Positions 53,326-64,000 of a DNA stretch of 64,000 nucleotides are shown piece after piece. Position 1 is the first letter of the stretch. Each line of letters begins with the position of its first letter. The stretch is taken from the NCBI GenBank assembly GCA_951406725.2, contig OX597817.1, forward strand, positions 48,484,001 to 48,548,000. Reading direction: 5' to 3'. The position numbers were made by a program, and so were the translations under genes. The notes under the pieces were generated by a model. It worked only from the letters and a program-made list of their open reading frames with translations. It was not told the DNA's origin and ran no database searches. The stretch comes from Octopus vulgaris (Eukaryota).

Positions 53326-53757
53326 AGGCGGCGAGCTGGCAGAAACGTTAGCACGCCGGGTAAAATGCGTAGCCGTATTTCGTCTGTTTGCTGCGTTCTG
53401 AGTTCAAATTCCGCCGAGGTCGACTTTGTCTTTCATCCTTTCGGGGACGATTAAATAATTACCAGTTACGCACTGGGGTCAATATAATAAACTTAATACG
53501 TTTGTCTGTCCTTGTTTGTCCCTTCTATGTGTAGCCCCTTGTGGGTAGTAAAGAAATAAGAAACGTTAGCACGCCGGACGAAATGCTTAGCAGTATTTCG
53601 TCTGTCTTTATGTTCTGAGTTCAAGTTCCGCCGAGGCTGACTTTGCCTTTCATCCTTTCGGGGTCGATAAATTAAGTATCAGTTGCGTACTGGGTCGATT
53701 TAATCGACTGGTCCCCTCCCACAAAATTTCGGGCCTTGTGCCTAGAGTAGAAAAGAA
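53326..53757 (+). mobile_element. SINE family A dimer with two different 3' tails
   Basis: First copy ends ...gtgggtagtaaagaaata; second ends ...ggccttgtgcctagagtagaaaag. Confidence 0.85.
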
Positions 53758-54289
53758 TATTTGTTTATTTCAAGTTAATTATAGTTATTTATGTATATCT
53801 CTATAAATATATTTAATACAGGCATGGCATGGTAAAAAATTTCCTTCTCAAACACATGGTTTCGGGTTCAGCCCCACTTCGTGGTACTTTGGGCATGTAT
53901 CTTCTAGACAGCCTCGGACAGACGATAGCTTTGTGATTGGATTTGGTAGACGGAAACTGAAAGAAGAAACTCGTTGTATATGTGCACTCGCGCGTGTTTG
54001 TTCCGCGTCCCTCCACTTGACAACCAGTGTTTGTTTGTTTACGTACTCGTAACTTAGCGGGACGGTCATTCAGCCAGAATATGTGCCTACTACTGTCTCC
54101 TTACAATAAGCCTGTCTCTTTCTTTAACGGCATGTCAGTTTTGGAAAATTCTTCAATCGCGAGATTATCTCTCCTTCTCGTGTGCAGCTGGTCTTAATTG
54201 CCATTTAGTTATTATGAGGCATCCTTTAGAGGCGGAGATAAATGTAACTAATCATGAGCTTATGTTGCATGTTACCTTATATACCTGTA

Positions 54290-54720
54290 TTCATGTAAGT
54301 TATTCAACTACATGCTGGAAGCCACCTTGATAGATTTCTCTAAGATTATTAAAAGTATTGGGCCTACTTCGATAAATTGTCGCAGCACTCAACGGAGGAT
54401 GTAGAGCTCTGAGATAAAACAGTAATGACAGCTGAGATATGGTTGACGGTAAATGGTTGAATGAGTTTTAAGAATTTTATGAGTTTTAAGTCACGCTACT
54501 CACCGATCTCTTGACAAAAATCTACTGCAGCTGGCAACAGAATTGGTGAATCTCAAATTCTGTGATCCAATAACACTAGAGGAGTAGGATGCTATAAAGA
54601 AGGACGCCATTGATAATTTCCAGCCCATAAATCTGATGATTATCGATTTTTTAGATTTTAGTAAAGGTGTTGTTAAGCGACTGGTGCTGGTTATCGATTG
54701 TGTAATCAGGAAAACCTTGA
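54290..54720 (-). mobile_element. Possible highly decayed L2/Daphne-like LINE C-terminus
   Basis: Fragments LTTPLLKSKK and IEVGPILLIILEKSIKVASS loosely resemble the HTxPLFK and GPxLWNxLPxxIK motifs. Confidence 0.35.
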
Positions 54721-55089
54721 TTCGAGTGATTCGGACTTATTTATGACAGTCTCCTCTTCATGTGATAAAATGTAAAGTGTATGGGTAACAAACCCGTTTT
54801 AGGCAGAGCTCTGATTAATTTCGATTACTCAGTAACTTTTGATACGGTTGGCAATCATTACATGGTGGTAGGTTGGCAGAATCGATAGAGCATCGGAAAA
54901 ATGCCTTGTGGTATTTCTTCTGGCTTTTTAGGTCCTGAGTTCAAATCTCACTGAGATCAATTTTTGTCTTTCATCGTCCGAGGTCGATAAAGTAAAGTAC
55001 CAATCATGTAATGGGGCCGATATATATGTGACTAACCCTCTCCCCATTAAATTGTAGACCTCATGCCAAAATATGAAACCATTATTATT

Positions 55090-55470
55090 ATTTCAGTGCA
55101 GATGGGTAGGACATGTTCGAATGAAAGATGACCTCTACCGAATATTTTTTCGTATGGCCAAGAAGTAGAGGAACACTGCGGTAAAGAAAGACTCGTCCAT
55201 AAATATAAGGACAAGTTGAAACAATCATTAAAGTCTCTACAGCTTGATTTGACATTTTGGGAAAGCCATTGTTTAGATCGATCTGCATAGCGTAAAATGT
55301 ACCACGATGCTTCAAAACGATTTGAATTGAAGAAATCGATCAATAAATTCATATCCTGCAATCAACAAACACATTTGCCCATTCTCAGGGAAATTCAAAA
55401 CCATCAGCGTTCCCATTGCGACTTCATAGCAAAATCCACACCCGGACTCAACGCATTCATCGCAAACAGA
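55090..55470 (+). mobile_element. RTE-clade LINE C-terminal relic
   Basis: RWVGHVRM, KYKDKLKQSLKSLQLDLTFWESHCLDRSA*RK, CDFIAKSTPGL. Confidence 0.7.
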
Positions 55471-55617
55471 GATAAAACTTTTTTTATTCTTTTATTTTAA
55501 AGTTGTTTTTTTCTTCTCTTTGTCTCACACATTTTCTTAAATTTTTTTCTCACTTTTCCCCCTTAAATCTTTTCCTTCAAACACTCATTCGTCGGAAATC
55601 GACAGGAGTGACCATTA

Positions 55618-55678
<61 letters not shown>

Positions 55679-55704
55679 CATTATTATCATTATTATCATT
55701 ATTA

Positions 55705-55763
<59 letters not shown>

Positions 55764-55765
<2 letters not shown>

Positions 55766-55969
55766 GGCGGCGAGCTGGCAGAGTCGTTAGCACGCCGGAC
55801 GAAATGCCGTTAAGCATTTCTTTACGTTATGAATTCAAATTCTACCGAGGTCGACTTTGCCTTTCATCCTTTCGGGGACGATAAATTAAGTACCAGTTAC
55901 GCACTGAGGTCGAGGTAATCGACTGGTCCCTTCCTCCAAATTTCAGGCCTTGTGCCTATAGTAGAAAAA

Positions 55970-55970
<1 letters not shown>
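55764..55970 (+). mobile_element. SINE family A (alternative tail) embedded in (ATT)n
   Basis: Family match flanked by long (TTA)n. Further copies at 54865-55075, 59964-60175 and 61155-61355 (-). Confidence 0.8.
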
Positions 55971-56038
<68 letters not shown>

Positions 56039-57217
56039 GTGTGTGTGCGTGTAGCATTGGATTTGTTTCCTTTCTACACCACTTGACAACCGATGCTGGT
56101 TTATTTACATCCGCGTAACTTAGCAGTTTGGCAAAAGGTATCCGATAGAAAAAGTACCAAACTTTAAAACATGCCCTGGAGTGGATTTGTTGAACAAAGC
56201 CCTTCAAATATATGCCGTAGCATGGTCGTAGCCCTATGACTGTAACAAGTAAAAGATAGAATAAATTAAGATTATCAAATCTGTAGAACATCAAATCTAT
56301 ATTTGGGTTTCTCTTTTGCAAAACATGCATATCCATTCTCAATTCTTCGACCATAACTTCTCAAAATACTCCTTAAAATCTCCCCATTTGAAAACATAGC
56401 TTGTCTTAGAATTCCTCTACCATTCTATAATCCCCACCTCCGACTAACACGTCTTCCTATACTTACCACTGCGTCCCGTTTTTCGAGCCGCACCCCTGTT
56501 ATTTTATAGTTACATTTTGCTTTTTCATACACTTCGTGCAAGTTTTCACATTCAAATTAAAATATTTTGTGTAGTCTTTTGAATGTCTTCGCATTTTCTT
56601 AACGTTTCTTTAGAACCTGCCAGTTTAAGCATCAAAGTATTGAGTTTCATTTCGAAATCTTTCGAAATCTACATCCTTTGCGCAACGTCTGTTAAAATAT
56701 TTTTATTCTCGTGAGAAAGAGTTATGATTTCACTGATATATTCTATCGTATTTATTTCATTTATTACACTTCAGCCATGCTGGAGCACCACTTTGCAAGG
56801 TTAGTCGAACAAATTGAACCCCTTATTTTAAGTTTTTTACTTACTCTATTGGTCTGTTTTGCCGGAGCGCTAAGTTACGGGGACAGAAATGAACCGATAC
56901 CAGTTGTCAGGTAGTAGGTATGGGAAATGCGAGCACACACACACACACACACAAACAAACACACACACGCACACATACACACACATACAAACAAACACAC
57001 ACACACATACGAAACCATTGATAGCGTTGGTAATCTACACACAGACACATATACACACACACATATACAAATAAATATGGCTGTGTGGTAAGAAGCTTGC
57101 CTACGAACCACATGGTCCCGGGTTCAGTCCCACTGCGTGGCACTTTGGGCAAGTGTCTTCGTCTATAGTGGATTTGGTACACAGAAACTGAAAAGCAGCC
57201 TGTCGTATATATGTATA

Positions 57218-57253
<36 letters not shown>

Positions 57254-57703
57254 AGTGTTTGTGTGTCTGTGTACGTCTCCTCAACATCGCTTGACAACCG
57301 ATGCTAGTATGTTTACGTCCCTGTAACTTAGCGGTTCGGCAAAAGAGACTGATAGAATAAATAATAGGCTTAGAAAGAATAAATACTGGGGTCGACTTGC
57401 TCGACTAAAGGCGGTGCTCCAGCATGGCCGCAGTCAAAAGACTGAAACAAGTAAAGAATAAAAGATATATATGTTCATTCATCTAAAATGGGAGTAATTG
57501 CCAATATTTTTAAGTGGGTCTCTTGAAGTTTGTGAAAATTCTTTCCATACCAAACCATTGGTAGCGTTGTTAATCCACAAAAATATATTTATCCAGCAAA
57601 TGCTATGTTGATCCCTCATTCTCACTCTCTCTCTCTCTCTCAATATTTATATATTGAAATTTTTTGAAAATATTTTACCATATATATATAAATAAATAAA
57701 TAA

Positions 57704-57750
<47 letters not shown>

Positions 57751-57809
57751 TATATATATATAAATAAATATATATATATATAAATAAATAAATATATATA
57801 TATATATAT

Positions 57810-58235
57810 AGGCGCAGGAGTGGCTGTGTGGTAAGTAGCTTGTTTACCAACCACATGGTTCCGGGTTCAGTCCCACTGCGTGGCACTTTGGGCAGGTGTC
57901 TTCTACTATAGCCTCGGGCCGACCAAAGCCTCGTGAGTGGATTTGGTAGACGGAAACTGAAAGAAGCCTGTCGTATATATGTATATATATATATATTAAG
58001 TGTGTGTGTGTGTGTGTGAGTTTATGTGTGTGTTTGTCCCTCTAGCATTGCTTGACAACCGATGCTGGTGTGTTTATGTCCCCGTTACTTAGCAGTTCGG
58101 CAAAAGAGACCGATAGAATAAGTACTGGGCTTACAAAAGAATAAGTCCCGGGGTCGATTTGCTCGACTAAAGGCGGTGCTCCAGCATGGCCGCAGTCAAA
58201 TGACTGAAACAAGTAAAAGAGTAAAGAGTAAGAGT
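57810..58235 (+). mobile_element. SINE family B
   Basis: Family match. Others at 48195-48570, 49254-49410, 53820-54060, 57075-57465, 60585-61040(-), 61628-61800 and 62760-62975. Confidence 0.85.
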
Positions 58236-58266
58236 ATATATAAAAAACAAATAAATAAATAAATAA

Positions 58267-58371
<105 letters not shown>

Positions 58372-58739
58372 TATAATGTGGAGGCTCAATGGCCCAATTG
58401 TTAGGGCAGCGTGGTCGTAGGATCGCGGTTTCGACCCCCAGACCGGGTGTTGTGAGTGTTTATTGAGCGAAAATACCTAAAGCTCCACGAGGCCCCGGCA
58501 AGGGGTGGTGGTGAAACCTGCTGTATTTTTCCCCACAACTTTCTCTCACTCCTTCTGTTTCTGTTGTACCTGTATTTAAAAGGGCCAGCCTTGTCACACT
58601 CTGAATATCCCCAAGAACTACGATAAGGGTACACATGTCTGTGGAGTGCTCAGTCACTAGCAGTTTAATTTCCCGAGCAGGCTTTTCAGTTGATGGGATC
58701 AACTGGAACCCTCGTCGTCGCAACCGACGGAGTGTCACG

Positions 58740-58789
<50 letters not shown>

Positions 58790-58794
<5 letters not shown>

Positions 58795-58985
58795 GGGGAG
58801 GGTTCACGAAAAAACAAAAGACGAAGACAGGTGGTGTATAAAACAAACAAATGTATTAGTATAACGCTCGGGAAATTGAAAAAGTCTTTTACGTTTCGAG
58901 CCTACGCTCTTCTACAGAAAGATACACAGAAAAACACAAAGAGAGAAACAAGGAGAGAAAAAATGCGTGTAGTGGCTACAGATCT
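58790..58985 (-). mobile_element. Short PLE pLTR-like repeat with ultra-minimal hammerhead-like core (copy at 35845-36050)
   Basis: Minus strand reads cttt CTGTAGA a gagc-gtag-gctc GAAACGTA aaag at 58886-58921. Confidence 0.55.
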
Positions 58986-59293
58986 GTATGTATGTGTATA
59001 TATATATATACTCAGACATACCTACATTCATACATGCCTACACACATACAAACAATCAGCTACTAAATGCATTGACAATTGACAAAGCTTTTGTCGGTCC
59101 TGTGCAATTATAACGAGATGTACATAGGGTGCCACGGGATGGGACTGAACCCGAAACAGCACAACCATGCCTGTAGCAATTCTAAAACCTTTAACTTTCC
59201 AGATAACCTTTAATTTTTGCCTCCGAGATATTCCGTTTTAGTTCTTTCTCATAAGTTTAGTTAAAAGTGAGAAATATTGTTTTTGATGTTTAA

Positions 59294-59502
59294 CCGTTTA
59301 GCATTCAGATTACTCTGTCAAATGTAATGCTTCTTTATTCACATTGTTTTGAATTAATCATGCATTATTTTGTGGCTTCAAGATCTCAGTAATGTTATTG
59401 TTTATTTTTATAATGACATTGTAAGTGGCTGAATCTTGTTAGTTTTCACATAAAATAGCTGGAATATTTGAGCCAGATATCGCTGGTTTAACCACTGAAG
59501 GG
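59294..59502. mobile_element. Probable TTAA-targeting (piggyBac-like) MITE
   Basis: ttaa|ccgtttagca ... cactgaaggg|ttaa; imperfect TIRs. Confidence 0.5.
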
Positions 59503-59557
59503 TTAAAGATAGAGCTACGGTTATTATTGCTATCGTGATTATAAATTACAGTATATA

Positions 59558-59790
59558 AGGCGGCGAGCTGGCAGAAACGTTAGCGCGCCGGGCGAAATGC
59601 TTAGTGATATTTTGTCTGCCGTTACGTTTCTGAATTCAAATTCCGCCGAGGTCGACTTTGCCTTTCATCCTCTCGGGGTCAATAAATAAAGTACCAGTTA
59701 CGCACTGGGGTCGATATAATCGACTTAATCTGTTTGTCTGTCTTTGTTTGTCCCCTCTATGTTTAGCCCCTTATGGGCAATAAAGAAATA
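59558..59790 (+). mobile_element. SINE family A (tRNA-derived), full length with 20-bp TSD
   Basis: Head ggcggcgagctggcagaaacgttagc (A box), B box g(a)attcaaattcc, central gcctttcatcct..ggggtc..taaa..agtacc; TSD tataaattacagtatataag at 59540-59559 and 59791-59810. Confidence 0.9.
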
Positions 59791-60179
59791 TATAAATTAC
59801 AGTATATAAGCAGTTATTCTACGTTTATCGACAGTGAAATTAACTTATGATCTCAGTTTCGAAATGTTCCCGTTTATTTTTACAGGGTTACATTTTTCCT
59901 TTTGTTGGTAATAAATCAATTCGTTTTTTGTGCCTATCTTCATCTGCAGTCACGAATGTTGGGTTAGCATGCCAGGCGAAATGCGTAGCCGTATTTCGTC
60001 TGCCGCTACGTTCTGAGTTCAAATTCCGCCGAGATCGACTTTACCTTTCATTCTTTCGGGATCGATTAAAAAAGTACCAGTTACGCACTGGGGTCGATGT
60101 ATTCGAATTAATCCGTTTGTCTGTCCTTGTTTGTCCCCTCTATGTTTAGCCCCTTGTGGGCAATAAAGAAATAAGAATA

Positions 60180-60540
60180 CAATCGTCAATATAAGCAGCC
60201 GAAATAGGATTCTTCCGAATGTTTCTTGGAGTAACGTTACTCTACAGGGTATGTAACTCGGAGATCAGGGGTTTTCTATATGTTGAGCCGCTACTTCTCT
60301 GCAATGAGAGGTCACAACTCCGGTACTACGGCCATGTAATTAATTGTCACAGGAAAGAATCTCGAGACAAATTCTCCATGCCGAATCAGCCAGCAGGAAA
60401 CCTAGTGAGTAGACCAAGAATGAGATGACTGGATGATGTCCATAGTCTCAGTTGGAAATCCAGCCGGAAAATCTAATGACGGTTGCTGCTGAATCGTATG
60501 GAGGAGGTACCTGAGGACTGTAACCCATGACCCTCTAGGA
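60180..60540 (+). mobile_element. RTE-like LINE relic (partial duplicate at 63270-63438)
   Basis: AAEIGFFR..LGVTLLYRVCNSEIR...VEPLLL..ERSQLRYYGHV. Confidence 0.75.
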
Positions 60541-60790
60541 ATAGTGGGCAGAAAAAAACAGGACAAGGGACACTAATAAGTCTCTTTTACGCTTTTACTT
60601 GTTTCAGTCATTTGACTGCGGCCATGCTGGAGCACTGCCTTTAGTCGAGCAAATCGACCCCAGGACTTATTCTTTGTAAGCCTAGTACTTATTCTATCGG
60701 TTTCTTATGCCGAACCGCTACGTTACAGCGACGTAAAGACACCACCATCGGTTGTCAAGCGATATTGGGGGACAAACACAGACATATACA

Positions 60791-60843
<53 letters not shown>

Positions 60844-61810
60844 GTATATCATATATATTATATATATATACATATATACGACAAGCTTCTTTCAGTTTCT
60901 GTCTATCAAATCCGCTCACAAGGCTTTGGTCGGCCCGAGGCTACAGTAGAAGATACTTGGCCAAGGTGCCACGCAGTGGGACTGAACCCGGAACCAAGTG
61001 GCTAGTAAGCAAGCTACTTACCACACAGCCACTCCTGCGCAACCTTTAAAACTGTTCTGAAAATGGCGATATGACATTATTTCAGCTATGAGAATAGGTG
61101 AGAAAAAAAATTCAATTTAGATGTTTTCTGATGTTATTTGCATATTATGTTTTTTCTACTACCCGAAATTTTGGCGGAGGAGTGGGAGAAGTCGATTAAA
61201 TCGACCCCAGTACGCAACAGGTAATTAATTTATCGACCCGAAAGGATGAAAGGCAATGTTGACCTCGACGGAATCTGAACTCAGAACGTAAAGACAGACG
61301 AAATGCCGCTAAGCATTTTGCCTGGCGTTCCGACATTCTTGCCACCTCACCGCCTTATTTTATTTGTAGTAATATTATTTAGCAGGGTTTAAATTTTCTA
61401 TTTTCAGATAGCTTGAAGATATAGCTCTGTTGTGTTGCTTCCATTTTGCAGTCTGAGGCTCATCAGGTACACCCATAGATAAAGTTGTGTCTCACTAAAG
61501 ATCTTGCGTACCGACTGCCATGTTGTTATATGGCCGTCTAAATAGTATCAATAGGTGGGGATTAGAAATAGTGAACCACTTAGACACACAATATAACTGA
61601 ACCTTATGCATCAAGAAAACCTCGGATAGGCGCAGGACTGGCTGTGTGGTAAGTAGCTTGCTTACCAACCACATAGTTCCGGGTTCAGTCCCACTGCGTG
61701 GCACCTTGGGCATGTGCCTTCTAATATAGCCTCGGGCAGACCAAAGCCTTGTGAGTGGATTTGGTAGACGGAAATGGAAAGAAGCCTGTCGTATATATGT
61801 ATGTATGTAT

Positions 61811-62709
61811 TTCCGTTTTGCATATGTGAATTACAGGGTTTGTCGTGCCCGGAGTCCCACTTTGATAGAAATAAGCATTCTTGACTGCTATTTCTATTTT
61901 TTCGGTATGCGGTCAAGCAACCTGTTGCTTGTCCCTTTTTCTTATATACAATATATATACTGAACTTTACAGAAGTTCCTGCCGGTAATCGGCTATATTT
62001 ACATACCGAATTCTACCAGTAAATAATTGTGGTTTTTTTAAAAACCTTTATAGAAATTATTTACTCTTATTATTATATTACTAATTGGATTTTTCACTCC
62101 CTTACGACAACCAAATGGTTCCTACTCATATGGAACTATTTTTGTAGTGCGCATGGCAAAATTTTGGAGGGAAGATTTACGAATTCAAACGTCTATGTAG
62201 GTTTAGCCTTTGCTCACTTTCTTCAAATATTTTGATGTCGCATGGTCAGAAGGTTTGAGGTACGTAGCATTTGATAAATCTATGATAAATCTATTTCAAT
62301 GGAAAGCTGTGCTGAAGAAGGATGTGAAATATATATGCAATGTATATGAAATATATATCAAAAATATATATGAAATATATATTCAATATGTTTATAATCC
62401 AGAAACATGATGTTCACAGATAACCACCAGCCTTCGTTTTCGTTATCTATCCCTTCCGTTTTGCATATGTGAATTACAGGGTTTGTCGTGCCCGGAGTCC
62501 CACTTTGATAGAAATAAGCATTCTTGACTGCTATTTCTATTTTTTCGGTATGCGGTCAAGCAACCTGTTGCTTGTCCCTTTTTCTTATATACAATATATA
62601 TACTGAACTTTACAGAAGTTCCTGCCGGTAATCGGCTATATTTACATACCGAATTCTACCAGTAAATAATTGTGGTTTTTTTAAAAACCTTTATAGAAAT
62701 TATTTACTC

Positions 62710-62719
<10 letters not shown>
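61811..62719 (+). repeat. Direct duplication of ~266 bp (61811-62076 vs 62454-62719)
   Basis: Near-identical copies 643 bp apart. Confidence 0.9.
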
Positions 62720-62779
<60 letters not shown>

Positions 62780-63444
62780 TTATGTGTCTGTGTTTGTCCC
62801 CTCAACATCACTTGACAACCGATGCTGGTGTGTTTACGTCCCCCTAACTTAGCGGTTCGGCAAAAGAGACCGATAGAATAAGTACTAGGCTTAGAAAGAA
62901 TAACTCCTGAGGTCGATTTGCTCGACTAAAGGCGGTGCTCCAGCATGGCCGCAGTCAAATGACTGAAACAAGTAAGAGAGAGAGAGAGAGAGAGAGAGAG
63001 TAACACTGAAAGATCATAAACTGAATTTTCGGATTGCCCCACACTAATCTGCCCCTCGAAATCGGACATTGGGAGGATAAGTAAGAGAATAATAAATAGG
63101 GTAATGCCAAAATTAAGATATAAAAGCACTTTAGCGCTGTGGTCAGACACATAGCACGTAATCGGGTGATTTTACCAACTAAAAATAAATAAACATGGTA
63201 AATCCGTTGTCTGTCCATGTTTGTCCCCTCTATGTTTAGCCCCTTGTGTGTAATAAAGAAATAAGAATACGATCGTCAATACAAGCAGCCGAAATAGGAT
63301 TCTTCCGAAGGATTCTTGGAGTAACGTTACTCTACAGGGTATGTAACTCGGAGATCAGGGGTTTTCCCTATGTTGAGCCGCTACTTCTCTGCAATGAGAG
63401 GTCACAGCTCCGGTACTATGACCATGTGACTAATTGTCGAGGAA

Positions 63445-64000
63445 TATTACACCAACATTAAACCTATTCTCTTAAATAATGCATTAATCTATGCTAAGAA
63501 TAATTCAGATCTTTCTAGATACGAAATCAACGTAATACTAGCAGCGCGTGGAACCTTGGTAGATTTTAATGGTAAACTGTGGAACCGGTCTGATACAGAA
63601 AACGCGTTTGATATAGCTATGGAATCCTCGAATTCCGCAGTAACCAGAGTAACCAGACGAAGTTACAGAAGAACCAACAATAGGATAGAGAAAAAACAGT
63701 AATGGAAAACACAGCATCATTAAACACATGGCACCACAAAATTCCAACGCCACTCCAAACACCCAAACAAACCTTATAGGGAATACAAAAAGCATGATGT
63801 CCTATGGTACAACCCGATCTGGAGCTCGAACAGCTTATCCAGGATCTCGAAACAGTTTTTCGCAGCACTCAATCGTTGCTTTCCTAAAAACGGCACGTTC
63901 AGTAAACTATTCAATCGGCACACGGTAAAACTGTCATATGCAAATTCATCAAATATGGAGCATCACATTCATAGGATTAATAATAGAAAACTAAGACAGC
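63445..64000 (+). pseudogene. Internally deleted Penelope-like reverse transcriptase/linker fragment
   Basis: YTNIKPILLNNALIYAKNNSDLSRYEINVILAARGTLVDFNGKLW and FPKNGTFSKLFNRHTVKLSYANSSNMEHHIHRINNRKL resemble PLE RT and the KIFNRNTVKxSYSCMPN linker. Confidence 0.7.

Overview
Gene-poor, microsatellite-saturated animal DNA. The SINE and microsatellite repertoire looks like an octopus/coleoid cephalopod genome (inferred, not verified). No intact host protein-coding gene is supportable, and most listed ORFs are translations of (TA)n/(CA)n/(TACA)n/(TAA)n tracts. The window holds dozens of copies of three tRNA-derived SINE families, a decayed Helitron PIF1-type helicase, a complete non-autonomous Helitron, Tc1 and mariner relics, CR1/L2- and RTE-type LINE 3' ends, and Penelope-like element (PLE) RT and GIY-YIG fragments. 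The standout feature is a dense hammerhead-ribozyme (HHR) system. Two unrelated non-coding tandem arrays, both inserted in (TA)n, carry one type I hammerhead per unit plus G·U-rich strand-specific hairpins, as in retrozyme-like circular RNAs: 491-bp units at 24957-26799 and 505-bp units at 43365-46731. The second array is folded into a 3.4-kb palindrome nested in a PLE-like inverted repeat that has its own HHR. The two families share a short CTAGRCCRCTGGT-hairpin-ACCCT module near insertion ends. About ten further intact or degenerate HHR motifs, including unusual core variants, are scattered through the window.
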